DNA of 64,000 nt from a virus. The notes beneath the pieces were generated by a model. That model did not search any database and was not told where the DNA came from. It saw only the letters and a program-made list of their open reading frames with translations. A program made the translations under genes and the position numbers. The stretch spans positions 49,928 to 113,927 of the IMG/VR virus record IMGVR_UViG_3300045988_177018; one strand, 5' to 3'. Of this stretch, positions 1-9,900 are shown piece by piece. Within the stretch, counting starts at the first letter, position 1. Each line of letters starts with the position of its first letter.

Positions 1-129
1 TTGATTCAGGCCGGAAACACCACCGAAAGCCAACAGCAAGCTCCAGACCTTGACCCCGAGAAGGATGCGGCCACAATCCACGAACGTGAGTAGCCGTCGG
101 TAGAAACCGTGCTTGCGCCGCCAATTCGG

Positions 130-1986
130 TCAGTTCTTCCAGTTGGAGTTGCGGAAGAACTGGCAGTCGGTGCCGGAAAGCTGAGCCTTCGTCAACCAGC
201 GGGAACCATAGGAGCTGAACGAGGCGGAACCGTCCCTATTGCCCTCGCTGATGCGTATTTTCCAACCGGACGGGTCGGAGGACACCTCCTCCACCACGGC
301 CACGTGACCGCAGCCGCCACCGCCGGAGAACGGACTGCCGCTGCCCGATATTCCGTCACCGGGCTTGGGATTCGAGTCAACCGTCCAACCCGGCTTCCCC
401 TTCAGATTATTGGCGATGTCGCCGCCATTGCCCAAAACCCAAGACCAGCCCTCATTGCCGTGAATCATGGCGAGACGGTTCCACGCATACCAGACACACT
501 GGTGTCCGAACTCCAGATGCGGATAGAACACTCCCGCATCGTTCGCGCCGCAAATCCTCTGATTGCCGGAGCACATCCAAGAGAAGTCGCCATCCTTGGA
601 GGGTGCGCCTCCTACGGAACCATAGGAGGCGTCGCCGCCGTCACCGTTGCGCACGGGACAGGTGGTGTTCGAATCAGAGTCGCCGGAAGAGCCGTCTGCA
701 TCGGCTGGCGGGGCGGTGTCGAACTCCACTTCGGACGACGGCGGGAACTTGTTGTTCTGTTTGATGTATGCGATGAACTGTTGGGTAACACCCCAAACGG
801 TCGAAACATAATTGCCGTCCGTGGCATATCCCGCGTTCTTCAACTCCTGAATGTACGCGTGCGGGTCGGTGCGCTTCTGCAATGCCGCCGCATAACGGGA
901 GTTTCCGATGATGAACTTGCCATAACCTGCGAAGCCATCCTCGTCGGAATCGTAGACCGCGAAGTCACCGGTCGTGTCATAACATCCGCCCTGATTGCAT
1001 TCCTTGGTGCCCATGCTGACGGACTTCTGGCCGTTGACGGCTTTGATTCCGAAGAAGTTATGGTATTTTGTGGTCAATGTGGATGCGCCCCAAGCGCTTT
1101 CCACCGCCGACTGTCCAAGAATCGCCTCATAAGGGATGCCGTATTTCTTACCAACGTCGAATGCGGCCTGACCGTATTTGTCCGTGTACGCCTGAACGGA
1201 GTTGGTCACCGTCACATTGTCTGACGCCGTGCTCGCGGCTCCGTCGGAATCATCGGTCTGGAAGCAACATTGGGAACCGCCGTCGTCGTCGGAACCGCCG
1301 CCCCCACCGTTGAAGGAGACGCCGTTCAACCCTTTGCTGTAGTAATCCTTGGCAACCTGTTTGCGAACGTCCTCGTTCCGAGACGCCCAATTCGGCCTTT
1401 CCCATCCAGCCATCCACGCGACTGCGGCCACTTCCGGGTCGCTGGCATCATGCCACGTATCATACAGGCTGTCGTTTTTGACGGTTATTTCCGATTTCGC
1501 ATTTGACAGGTAATGGTTGTTGAAGGAACTTTTGGCTGTTGCGACGAGCATTTTTATCTGCCCATCCTCATCGGAATCAGGCGTGCCCTCCAGTCCGTTG
1601 GCGTCCATCCAAGCGCGGATTTTGCTTCGGGGAGTCCATTGTCCAAGACCGTAGCCATTATCGCCGCTGCCTCTGTCTGCCACGAAACCGGACTCGGCAT
1701 ACACGTTGCCCAGTACGCCAGCCGTTGCCGCCTTGGAGAATCCCGCCGAAGCGAACGCTTCGGCTATTTTGGTGGCGACATCGTTGGATTTGAAATCGGA
1801 AGAGGAACCGGCACCCTCGGAGTCCGAATCGTCTTTGGCGGATGTCGGAGTGCATCCGTTTGAACGTATCGACATCATGGCCGTATTGGAAACCGTGCTC
1901 ATGCTGGTCACGCCGACAGCCAACGTCAGGTCGAAGAGCAGCAGTCCGGCCATTCCCATAGCCGCCATTTTTCCGAAACTTCGCAC
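130..1986 (-). CDS. Secreted multidomain peptidoglycan hydrolase (lysozyme-like + glucosaminidase + CHAP), of the CwlT/TcpG type found in conjugation systems
   Basis: 618 aa with a hydrophobic N-terminal signal. Central FGIKA../SAVESAWG glucosaminidase-like segment. C-terminal CHAP-like Cys..His (GGGGCGHVAVVEEV). Antisense 371-aa ORF 109..1224 is a GC artefact. Confidence 0.75.
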   Translation of the reverse strand: MRSFGKMAAMGMAGLLLFDLTLAVGVTSMSTVSNTAMMSIRSNGCTPTSAKDDSDSEGAGSSSDFKSNDVATKIAEAFASAGFSKAATAGVLGNVYAESGFVADRGSGDNGYGLGQWTPRSKIRAWMDANGLEGTPDSDEDGQIKMLVATAKSSFNNHYLSNAKSEITVKNDSLYDTWHDASDPEVAAVAWMAGWERPNWASRNEDVRKQVAKDYYSKGLNGVSFNGGGGGSDDDGGSQCCFQTDDSDGAASTASDNVTVTNSVQAYTDKYGQAAFDVGKKYGIPYEAILGQSAVESAWGASTLTTKYHNFFGIKAVNGQKSVSMGTKECNQGGCYDTTGDFAVYDSDEDGFAGYGKFIIGNSRYAAALQKRTDPHAYIQELKNAGYATDGNYVSTVWGVTQQFIAYIKQNNKFPPSSEVEFDTAPPADADGSSGDSDSNTTCPVRNGDGGDASYGSVGGAPSKDGDFSWMCSGNQRICGANDAGVFYPHLEFGHQCVWYAWNRLAMIHGNEGWSWVLGNGGDIANNLKGKPGWTVDSNPKPGDGISGSGSPFSGGGGCGHVAVVEEVSSDPSGWKIRISEGNRDGSASFSSYGSRWLTKAQLSGTDCQFFRNSNWKN

Positions 1987-2069
1987 TGTGTCCGCCTTAC
2001 AAAAAACTTGGAAGAGACTTTTGCCGTCTCTTCCAAGTTAACAGAATTTTTACCGTAAGCGGAGGAAAA

Positions 2070-2840
2070 TCAGTGGAATGGTTCGAATGGGATGCTGAAC
2101 ACCATATCGTAAAGGTCTTCCACATCGCCCGCAGCGGTTTGCGCGTCGGAGAGAATCTGCTGCGGCTCCCTTTCCTCTCCCCAAAGGTCGAACAGGTCGG
2201 CAACCGTATCCACCTCCCGTTCGCTTTGACTGTTGATTGCGAATCCCAACAGTCGGCCACGGTTGAGGTCGGACAATGGTTTGCTGATTTCCCTAGACCA
2301 TTCGCAAGCTGTCTTCCACGCGTCGTCGTCCATCGTGTAATCGCCGTCCACGCCATAGGTGAGCAGGTTTCCAGCGGTGTCCTCCTGCGCGACGTCGTGA
2401 ATGACGAACATGTATTCGATGGCGAGCAGGTATTCATCCAGACTGATTTCGTCGGCGTCCCAAACATGGTTCGACGGGAAATGCAGGTAGGGGTATCGGT
2501 TCACGGTCTCGTTGCCGATTTTGTCTCCCTCATGGAGCAATGCCACAGGAAGCGTGAAAATAGGGGACAGGTATACTCTTCCCTCGACGCCGCCATGCTG
2601 GTCGGTCTCCGGAATGGCGATAATCTGCTTCATCGAATTGACGATACGGTTCACATACTTGGTGGGTTTCTCCAACAGCAACGGTCTGCCGCTGGAGAAA
2701 CCTTGGAAAGCCATGACGTCATATTTCTCCACCACTGGCGTGGTATCGAACTTCGGTGGGGACAACGGGGTCATGTTCGGCTCGTCCCTCTTTTTGCTGG
2801 GGGTCGGACGGTTCTCGCCGAAGAAATCCTTATAGCTCAC
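2070..2840 (-). CDS. Hypothetical protein, translationally coupled to the VirB4-like gene
   Basis: 256-aa ORF with ordinary composition. Its start overlaps the stop of the upstream ATPase gene by 4 nt. Confidence 0.5.
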   Translation of the reverse strand: MSYKDFFGENRPTPSKKRDEPNMTPLSPPKFDTTPVVEKYDVMAFQGFSSGRPLLLEKPTKYVNRIVNSMKQIIAIPETDQHGGVEGRVYLSPIFTLPVALLHEGDKIGNETVNRYPYLHFPSNHVWDADEISLDEYLLAIEYMFVIHDVAQEDTAGNLLTYGVDGDYTMDDDAWKTACEWSREISKPLSDLNRGRLLGFAINSQSEREVDTVADLFDLWGEEREPQQILSDAQTAAGDVEDLYDMVFSIPFEPFH

Positions 2841-5497
2841 TGTTCTTGTCCTTCCTGCGTTTCAAACGCTTGCATTGCTTTCTTCTTCTCCTCTTCACGA
2901 CGAATCTTGTCGGTCGCCGTCGTGGAGATTTCCTTCAACAGGTCCGGTGGGATGATGACCTCGACGGGTACGGGCTGTTTGCTGGAATCCTTGAAATAGG
3001 CGATGGCACCGCGAATGGTCTTGTCTTTGCCGGTCTCCTTGTCTTTGACGCGCAGACGCCTCATACCAGACCAGTTCGGGTCGTCATTCTCCTTCGTGTC
3101 GCCCATGCTCATACGGGAGCGGATACGATTGCCGGAATCCTCAATCTGCAACAGCTGCAATGCGTCTCGCGCCGGAGAATCCTGAATCGGGTCGTCCAAT
3201 GCCAGCAGAAACGCTCGACCGATACCGCCTGTCATGCCCGCGTTGATGAACTCCTTGACCTTCTGCGAGGCGAACACCGGAGTGAAACGGCGGGAACGTG
3301 CGGTACGCATCCACTCGTTCACCTTGGCGGCACCCTTGTCCTCGCCCAGAATCGCCCAAGCCTCGTCGATTCCGACCATGCCGTCTCGTTCGCTCACCGC
3401 AGCACCGGCTCCGAACACAATCATGCGGAGAACCCAACGTTGGATACGTCCGGTGACGGTGTTCTCGGCACCTCGTTCCGGAATCATGGAACGGTCGCCC
3501 GCGTTGATGAGGGTCAAGTTCTGGCTGACTCGCAACGGGGTCACATTGTCGTTGGTGCCGAAGATGAGCCTCAATGATTGGTTGGTGTTGACGCTCATCG
3601 TAACCATTTTGAACACTTTCAACGTGTCCGGATACAGATCGTATTTGGACGGGTCATCGCCCGCCTGTTGGAGTGCGCGGAAGTCCGTCGCGGCCTTGTA
3701 AAGCATCGTTCCGCAGCAACGACCGCCTCTCTTGCACCCGTAATCCAGCATCGCCTTGACGGTCAACTCGTAGGAGGTGTCGCCGTCCGGTTTGAGGATG
3801 TCGGAAATCATGATGGCGGCCATATCCTTGGCCTCCTCCTCACTGCGGAGCACGTTGTACGGGTCGAAAGTGCCATCGGCGATGTCGGAATCCATTCTGA
3901 GCACGGTACCGTTGCGGGACAGCACCGCATCCTCGAAATCGTTGCCCTCCTTCGGATTGACGAGGATGCAGGGCGTCTTGCCTTTGCCGCTACGCGAGTC
4001 AATCAGCATCCACTGCAAAAACAGGCTCACCAGCAGCATGGACTTGCCGGAGCCGGTCTCGCCAATGACCAGAATGCCCGGTCGCGTGTCCTTGTCCTGC
4101 ACCGTCGTGGTGCCCACATACACGGGCTGCCGGTTCGCTTCCGTCAATCCGACCAACGCGCCCGTCTCGTCACCGGCCTTGGCGAAACTACTCACGCCGC
4201 CCCCGGCCACGCAGGTCGCCGACCAGTGAATCTCATAAGGTGTCATACGGACAGGCGAACACGCCTGCATGCTTTTGAACGCCATCAACTGCTCGTTGGC
4301 GGTGGTCAGATTCGTGAACTCGAAGTTCTGGATGTTCTGCAACGAGTCAACGGCCATCTGCGCGTTACCGGCCACACAGGCGGCCACGCTCAAATCAATG
4401 ATGCTCGGCGGCATTTCCGGCGAATTGTAGATGGCTTTCTTATAGTCCAACCGATATTTCAAATCGGTCATGTCGGCGGACGCCTCACGCCCATGCTGGT
4501 AACGCTCCTTGATGTTCTCGTCAATCGTGCGGGCGTTACGGCGAATCGTGTCGGCGGTCACCTTGCCGGGTTCGACCTTGCCCCGGATGGACGTTCCTAC
4601 AGCGTTCGCCCCACCGGCAGTGGCGACTTCCATCAATTTCGCAATCCAAAGATTGGACGGGTCGGTGATGTCCGATTGGGCGAATTGGGTGGTTCTGGCG
4701 AAGCAGATTGACGCCGGATACTCACTGTCGATGTTCCACTGGTCGCAGTCGATTCCCTCATCGTACAGGCGTTTCGCGTTCTGGCAGACCTTGCTGTTGG
4801 GGAAGAAATGCAGATGGTCGTTCTCGGCGATGATGGGAAGGGCAGACGCGGAAGCTCGGCTCACCCACCATGTCTCCATCATCGCGACCAGCTGTTCCCG
4901 TTCGCTTTCCTCCATGACGGTGAAAGGTATGAGACCGGCGTTCAGCATGATGCGTTCGATACGGTGCGCGTCAGGCAGGTATTCCTCAAACATGGCGTAA
5001 CCGTTCGCCATAGAGAAGCTGAGCTGGTTGAATTTCGTGGTGGCTCTGCGTAGGAGGGATTGTTTGCGTCCCTTCCTTCCGTCCTCGCCGCCCAGTTTCA
5101 ACGGAACCCCGATTACGGCGAACTGCTTGCACACGTTCAGATTACGGTAATAGTACGCCTGATAGCTTTTCAAATCATCCTGCTGCATGACCGGCGGACG
5201 GTAGGGGATGGGCATGGAGCCGGTCAGCAGGTGGAATTCTCTGTATTCGCTTTTCAGAATGTCACGGTATCTCATGCCAGCCACGCTGACCTCACCGGCC
5301 AACCCGTCGAAGAACGCCATGAAACCCTGTTCGGCTTCCTTGCGTTTCGAATCACCGGCACCGTCCAACAGTGCGCTCGTCCAAGGAATCTTCGCGTACA
5401 GCCATACAGTCCTGTCCGGCGTGGCCGCTCGAAGCAGACCGTATTCACTGCCGGGACTAATGAAGCTTTCCGGACGATAGAAACCGTCTCTTGCCAT
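2837..5497 (-). CDS. Conjugal transfer ATPase, VirB4/TrsE/TcpF family
   Basis: 886 aa. Walker A VIGETGSGKSML. Walker B-like IDEAWAILG. Size and motif order typical of VirB4. Confidence 0.8.
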   Translation of the reverse strand: MARDGFYRPESFISPGSEYGLLRAATPDRTVWLYAKIPWTSALLDGAGDSKRKEAEQGFMAFFDGLAGEVSVAGMRYRDILKSEYREFHLLTGSMPIPYRPPVMQQDDLKSYQAYYYRNLNVCKQFAVIGVPLKLGGEDGRKGRKQSLLRRATTKFNQLSFSMANGYAMFEEYLPDAHRIERIMLNAGLIPFTVMEESEREQLVAMMETWWVSRASASALPIIAENDHLHFFPNSKVCQNAKRLYDEGIDCDQWNIDSEYPASICFARTTQFAQSDITDPSNLWIAKLMEVATAGGANAVGTSIRGKVEPGKVTADTIRRNARTIDENIKERYQHGREASADMTDLKYRLDYKKAIYNSPEMPPSIIDLSVAACVAGNAQMAVDSLQNIQNFEFTNLTTANEQLMAFKSMQACSPVRMTPYEIHWSATCVAGGGVSSFAKAGDETGALVGLTEANRQPVYVGTTTVQDKDTRPGILVIGETGSGKSMLLVSLFLQWMLIDSRSGKGKTPCILVNPKEGNDFEDAVLSRNGTVLRMDSDIADGTFDPYNVLRSEEEAKDMAAIMISDILKPDGDTSYELTVKAMLDYGCKRGGRCCGTMLYKAATDFRALQQAGDDPSKYDLYPDTLKVFKMVTMSVNTNQSLRLIFGTNDNVTPLRVSQNLTLINAGDRSMIPERGAENTVTGRIQRWVLRMIVFGAGAAVSERDGMVGIDEAWAILGEDKGAAKVNEWMRTARSRRFTPVFASQKVKEFINAGMTGGIGRAFLLALDDPIQDSPARDALQLLQIEDSGNRIRSRMSMGDTKENDDPNWSGMRRLRVKDKETGKDKTIRGAIAYFKDSSKQPVPVEVIIPPDLLKEISTTATDKIRREEEKKKAMQAFETQEGQEQ

Positions 5498-5819
5498 TTC
5501 GGGTCAATCGCTTTCGATTTTGTGGAATTTTTCTACATTGCTGGTTTCGACTCTAACGGCTCCAAGTGTTATAAACCTTCTAAAAACGGAAAAATCCCTC
5601 CTCTGGGATGGATGTTCGAGGAGGGATTTGTGGAACGTGATGGGGTCAAAACTAGGGAACGGCTGCGTGATTATCTCCGCGAAAACGTCCGTAGCCCCAT
5701 ACCCGATACCTGAATAATGCTGACGTCACTTGAAACTTACATGAATGTCTAAAATTTTGGCAATCAGCAGTTTTTCCATCAATTGATGTAACTTTTGCCA
5801 CGGCAAAAATTACGTTGAG

Positions 5820-5871
5820 CGACTGAATTGACACTCCCGTGGTTTCAACCACGGGAGTGTCAATTCAGTCG
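5820..5871. terminator. Perfect 23-bp inverted repeat with 6-nt loop, then T-run on minus strand
   Basis: cgactgaattgacactcccgtgg-tttcaa-ccacgggagtgtcaattcagtcg overlaps the stop of the 5865..7046 gene. aatttttg follows on the transcribed strand. Confidence 0.6.
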
Positions 5872-7046
5872 TCCAGTCCGAAGTATTCCAGCGGGTCGAA
5901 GTCCATGCTCATATACTTGCCGGGATTGTCGTCTTCGACCGGCTTGGCCGGTTTGAACGGCTTGTCGATGGGCTTCTCACCTTTTTGCTTCAGTCCGGAA
6001 TAAGCCAATCGTCTCACGGTCTTGTCTGAATCGTGGGACAGCTTTCTCAACGTATCCACGGAGGCGTTTGAGTTCACGGCGATGGCACGCTTCACATGCG
6101 GACTCCACTGGTTCGACATGTACTCCAACGTATCGGGAGTCGTGTTGGGATTACCCGCCACGTTGACGCGGGTCTGAGTCCAATCGTCGTAGGCCAAAAA
6201 GCTCAACGTAGCCGATGACGCATGGGGGTTGAACGCCACCTGCTCGCGGATAGCGCTATCCTCGCTGGAGGCCAGCCGGTGCAAATCCTTCTGGGACGTA
6301 TGCTCATGCTCCGCGATGTTTCGTTGAGTCTCGTAATCGTCCACGCGAAGACATTCGTGAAGCGTATCGGCGTCGGTCTGCCAATTGCCGGACGCGGCAC
6401 GGATGATTTTCGTCATGTCATCAGTCACGGCACCCGCCTTATGGGAGGTTGGTTCCAAAGCGTCATTCACGGCTTTTCGAATCTGTTCGGAACTCAAATC
6501 CGAACGTTTCAACGTTTCCGCACGGACGATGGCCTCATTATCGTTCAACAGTCTTTCCGTCACGTTTTTCGGAGTATGGGGATTGCCCGCCACGGCACCG
6601 CGAACCTTCCACGACTCGTCGGACGAGAGAACGTCCAGCGTGTGCGCGTCCTCGGTGTTGCGGGCCACCGCATTGCGGATTTGTGGATTGTCGTCGAACC
6701 GGCATACGTTCAACGCGGTATCGTCGGCACCGCGTTCGATTGCCGTGCAGCGAACCTTGGTGTCGTATCTGACCGATTGTTGCTCGTAATTGTACCTGTT
6801 CTCCCGCTTGTCTTTTGGCGGTTCGCCGTTCGCATTCGGGTAGGTCTCGTCCTCGTCGAATGGATGGTTGAACCCGTATTCGGTAGTGGCGAGATTGTTC
6901 AGCACGGCGGTAGGTGTCCTATCATCCAAGGCCATGTTCTCCAAATCGACCGTACTGGTTTTGGAGACGACATCCTCAATCGAAGCGCCGCCATGTTCTT
7001 TAAACCATTTGCCCAGCGGGTCTCTTGCTTGTAAAGGATTGTACAT
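5865..7046 (-). CDS. Leucine-rich-repeat-variant / HEAT-like repeat protein (paralog A)
   Basis: 393 aa with repeated VRxxAAxNPxT..TLxxL units. GGAGG SD. N-terminus RDPLGKWFKEHGG shared with the next gene. Confidence 0.65.
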   Translation of the reverse strand: MYNPLQARDPLGKWFKEHGGASIEDVVSKTSTVDLENMALDDRTPTAVLNNLATTEYGFNHPFDEDETYPNANGEPPKDKRENRYNYEQQSVRYDTKVRCTAIERGADDTALNVCRFDDNPQIRNAVARNTEDAHTLDVLSSDESWKVRGAVAGNPHTPKNVTERLLNDNEAIVRAETLKRSDLSSEQIRKAVNDALEPTSHKAGAVTDDMTKIIRAASGNWQTDADTLHECLRVDDYETQRNIAEHEHTSQKDLHRLASSEDSAIREQVAFNPHASSATLSFLAYDDWTQTRVNVAGNPNTTPDTLEYMSNQWSPHVKRAIAVNSNASVDTLRKLSHDSDKTVRRLAYSGLKQKGEKPIDKPFKPAKPVEDDNPGKYMSMDFDPLEYFGLDD

Positions 7047-7063
7047 TCCTCCTCCAATTTCTT

Positions 7064-8287
7064 TTAGTATTCGAATTGGATATCGTCGTATCCGCTATCG
7101 TCGTTGAAATCGACTCCCGCGTATTCGTCCGAAAGCCTTTGATTCTCACGGCAATGTTCAAGATTCATGACGGCCCTACGGCTGACTTTCTCGTCCTTGT
7201 CTTCGCTTAGCGTCTCCAACGTGTGAAAGCTGGTGTTCGGATTGCCCGCCACATGAAGTCTCGTCTCTGAGTCCTTCGACTGGGAGAGCCTGTCGAGCCT
7301 GTCCGGCACCGTGCAGTGTTCCGCCATGGGGCGGGTGCTGATGGTGTTGGTCATGTCGAAACGGTTCAGTATGCCCTGCGCCGACGAATCGTAGCCTAGC
7401 TTATGGAGTTTTTCGCACTGCTCGGACGAGGCGTGGTAGAGGAACTGGTCGGCCAATTTCGTCTCCGCGTCGATAGCCATGGCGGGGCATTTCATCCTGC
7501 CTTTGCTAAGGGGGAAGGTGGTTCCCGCCCTGCCGTCCGTCCATTTGCTGTGACCGGCCTCGAAGATTTGCAAGGCTGCGTCGTAGTCGCCGTTCCTAGC
7601 CGCCTCCGTGGCTATCTCCGACGCGTACGCGTCGCAGACATGCAGTTTCTCGTTGGTCTCGATATAGTCGTTGTAACCGTCCTGCCACGGTAACGGCATG
7701 GGGTCTCTCACATCGTCGTAGTCCATAAGCTCTTCGAGCCTCAGTGTTTGATGGTATCTGTTCTGCACGAGCAGGACGCTGGGATTACCGTAATCGCCTT
7801 CCTTGCAGTATTCCAGCGAACGGTTCCGACACCATGCCATGAGAGCGTAGTCGGCAATGTCCTTGTCGGCGTCGCCTTCGAGCCGTTCCAGAGTGTTGGT
7901 CGGGGTGTTGCGGTTGAGGGCCACGGCACGTTTCACATAGAAGTTGTCATCGTCCGCCATCATGTCGAGCGTCTTGCCGTCCAGTTTCGGATTGGACGCG
8001 ACTGCCGTGCGCTCCCTCACGTCGTCGCTGTACTTGAACGAGTCAAGCGTCTCGTCGCTGATGTTCGGGTTCATCAGCGCCTCCAGCCGGTTGTCCTCGT
8101 CTTTGCCGGTCTTGGCTATCTGGTCAATTACCGCTGTCGGCGTGTTTTTGGTATCGACAGCCGACTCATGCTCTTCCACATAGTTGAGATTTTTGACGTT
8201 ATCGGCAAGACTTGCCTTCGGATTGCCACCATGCGCTTTCATCCACTTGCCCAGCGGGTCGCGCGGTTCTGACGGACTGTATGCCAT
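7064..8287 (-). CDS. Leucine-rich-repeat-variant / HEAT-like repeat protein (paralog B)
   Basis: Same repeat architecture, with N-terminal PRDPLGKWMKAHGG. Start set at the second Met (GGAGG 7 nt upstream); the ORF extends to 8317. Confidence 0.65.
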   Translation of the reverse strand: MAYSPSEPRDPLGKWMKAHGGNPKASLADNVKNLNYVEEHESAVDTKNTPTAVIDQIAKTGKDEDNRLEALMNPNISDETLDSFKYSDDVRERTAVASNPKLDGKTLDMMADDDNFYVKRAVALNRNTPTNTLERLEGDADKDIADYALMAWCRNRSLEYCKEGDYGNPSVLLVQNRYHQTLRLEELMDYDDVRDPMPLPWQDGYNDYIETNEKLHVCDAYASEIATEAARNGDYDAALQIFEAGHSKWTDGRAGTTFPLSKGRMKCPAMAIDAETKLADQFLYHASSEQCEKLHKLGYDSSAQGILNRFDMTNTISTRPMAEHCTVPDRLDRLSQSKDSETRLHVAGNPNTSFHTLETLSEDKDEKVSRRAVMNLEHCRENQRLSDEYAGVDFNDDSGYDDIQFEY

Positions 8288-8358
8288 AAAAGAAAACCTC
8301 CGTTTCGCTGTAAACAACCTTACACGAAACGGAGGTGCCGTCCTTGCTGTTAATGGAA

Positions 8359-8676
8359 TTAGGCTCCTGCCTGAGCGGTGTCGTTTTTGACTACGAGCAT
8401 GTATTCGTCAACCAGTTCCTTGAGTTCCGGATTCTGTTCCGGACTGATGTCCACGCCAAGCTTCGGGTTCTTGTAGAACGCGTAATTCGGTTTCGCCGCA
8501 ATGGACAGGCTCAGGTCTTCAACCTCCCACTTGTCTCCCGTACCACGGTTCAGATTGAGGAACATGGCCCGTGCGAACCATTCCTTCCCTTCCGAGTCGG
8601 TGACTTTAATCATTGGTTGAATCTTATGGGTGATGTCGGCTGTGAGGCGTTTGCCCGGTATGATGATTTTCGGCAT
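8359..8676 (-). CDS. Hypothetical protein
   Basis: 105-aa ORF, coupled to the upstream gene. Confidence 0.45.
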   Translation of the reverse strand: MPKIIIPGKRLTADITHKIQPMIKVTDSEGKEWFARAMFLNLNRGTGDKWEVEDLSLSIAAKPNYAFYKNPKLGVDISPEQNPELKELVDEYMLVVKNDTAQAGA

Positions 8677-8677
8677 C

Positions 8678-9205
8678 TCAATCCTCCTCGTATGCGAACA
8701 TGACGTTCATATGGCTGTGCTGCAAAGCCTCTCCCAGAGGGGTTTTGCTGTGGGAGCGGTGACGGTACGCTTCGATATACCAATCCTCGAACGGGAAGTC
8801 CTCTCCGTTCTGGACTTCGCTGAGCTTCACCCAGCGGGAAGACTCTTTGGCACGCAACGCTTTCGGGGTCGTATAGCCGTCCCTATCGTCCATCCCGTGC
8901 TTGTAGTTCTCTCCGGCGTCGAACAGTTTCCCGACCAGATATTTTCCATCGGTGCGCCAGAGGATGAATCGGGAGCAGATGTCCAATGAACGGACTGAGA
9001 CGATGCTGTCGAACGGGATGATGACCTTGCCGTCGTTCTGTTCCGCATGTTTGACGATTTCGTCCAGCATGCTGTCCGCTTCGCGCCAGTTGTAGCGGAT
9101 GATGGTGTTCTTGTCGGGTTTGACGCTCGCTTTGCCGATGAGGTCGGATTCCGTGCTGATTCGCATGAATACCGCTCGTCTGTCCATGAGTGTTGTTTCC
9201 GTCAT
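8678..9205 (-). CDS. Hypothetical protein
   Basis: 175-aa ORF. A conserved promoter motif lies just upstream (9222..9242). Confidence 0.5.
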   Translation of the reverse strand: MTETTLMDRRAVFMRISTESDLIGKASVKPDKNTIIRYNWREADSMLDEIVKHAEQNDGKVIIPFDSIVSVRSLDICSRFILWRTDGKYLVGKLFDAGENYKHGMDDRDGYTTPKALRAKESSRWVKLSEVQNGEDFPFEDWYIEAYRHRSHSKTPLGEALQHSHMNVMFAYEED

Positions 9206-9221
9206 GGTATATCCTTACTCT

Positions 9222-9242
9222 TATGTGACTAATTCCAGTATA
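9222..9242 (-). promoter_or_regulatory. Conserved promoter/leader motif copy (TATACTGGAATTaGTCACA, minus orientation)
   Basis: Match to the about 17-copy motif. About 20 bp upstream of the 9205 start. Confidence 0.5.
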
Positions 9243-9265
9243 GTGGTTTGCGTAAAATATGTCCA

Positions 9266-9285
9266 AATACTGGAATCGTTCACAC
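9266..9285 (+). promoter_or_regulatory. Conserved motif copy in opposite (plus) orientation, forming an inverted pair with 9222..9242
   Basis: aaatactggaatcgttcacac. It faces into the 3' end of the minus-strand gene 9280..9813. Confidence 0.35.
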
Positions 9286-9813
9286 TTCTCGGGGGCGGAT
9301 GCGCGTAAGGACGGAACGGCGGGAAGTCGTCACCTTCCTGCGATTGCCTTCGGAATCCGCCATGGTGAGCATGGGTACCTTCCGTTCGAACACGAGAGAC
9401 AGCGGCTTGCCTTCGTCCTTACCGGCTGCGAGTTCGTACATGTCGGGGTCGAAGTCTTCCAACGGTCTCAAATCGTCCAACGCTATCCAGTATTTCGCGG
9501 GTTCCATCGACCAAGGTTTAGGACATTGGTAGAAGCTTCCCTCGTCCCATGTCCGTGGATTGTAGGGGCTTCCGAAACCGGCGACTTCGCCTATGAGCAT
9601 GAGGTCTTCGTCGTGCGCGTACAGGATGACCTGCTCCACGTTTCGCATGACTCCGATGATGCCGCATTTCCATAGGATGTGGTCGTCGTGCTGTTCGCTG
9701 AATCGGAGGTATTCCTGCATTACGGTTCGCGGTTGGAAGTATACGCGGCCTCGTCGGGGTGCGTATCCGATTCTAATCATCAGGATTTCTTTTTCATGTG
9801 TTATGCCAGTCAT
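9280..9813 (-). CDS. Hypothetical protein
   Basis: 177-aa ORF. Preferred over the overlapping plus ORF 9259..9675, which is Arg/His/Gly-rich. Confidence 0.4.
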   Translation of the reverse strand: MTGITHEKEILMIRIGYAPRRGRVYFQPRTVMQEYLRFSEQHDDHILWKCGIIGVMRNVEQVILYAHDEDLMLIGEVAGFGSPYNPRTWDEGSFYQCPKPWSMEPAKYWIALDDLRPLEDFDPDMYELAAGKDEGKPLSLVFERKVPMLTMADSEGNRRKVTTSRRSVLTRIRPREV

Positions 9814-9900
9814 GACCTCATATTACCATATGTGGACAAACCCAATATAACGCGAGAGTGTTTAAAGGTAGGCGGGGAATCAACCCCAGCACCTTGGCAA

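Noticed and set aside
109-1224. 371-aa plus-strand ORF antisense to the peptidoglycan hydrolase gene
   Set aside because: High-GC antisense artefact (Arg/Gly/Ala/Val-rich). The minus-strand frame carries recognisable hydrolase domains.
3578-4711. 377-aa plus ORF, and others (2073..2999, 2756..3577), antisense to VirB4 and neighbours
   Set aside because: Overlap a strongly supported VirB4 gene. The composition is typical of GC-rich shadow ORFs.
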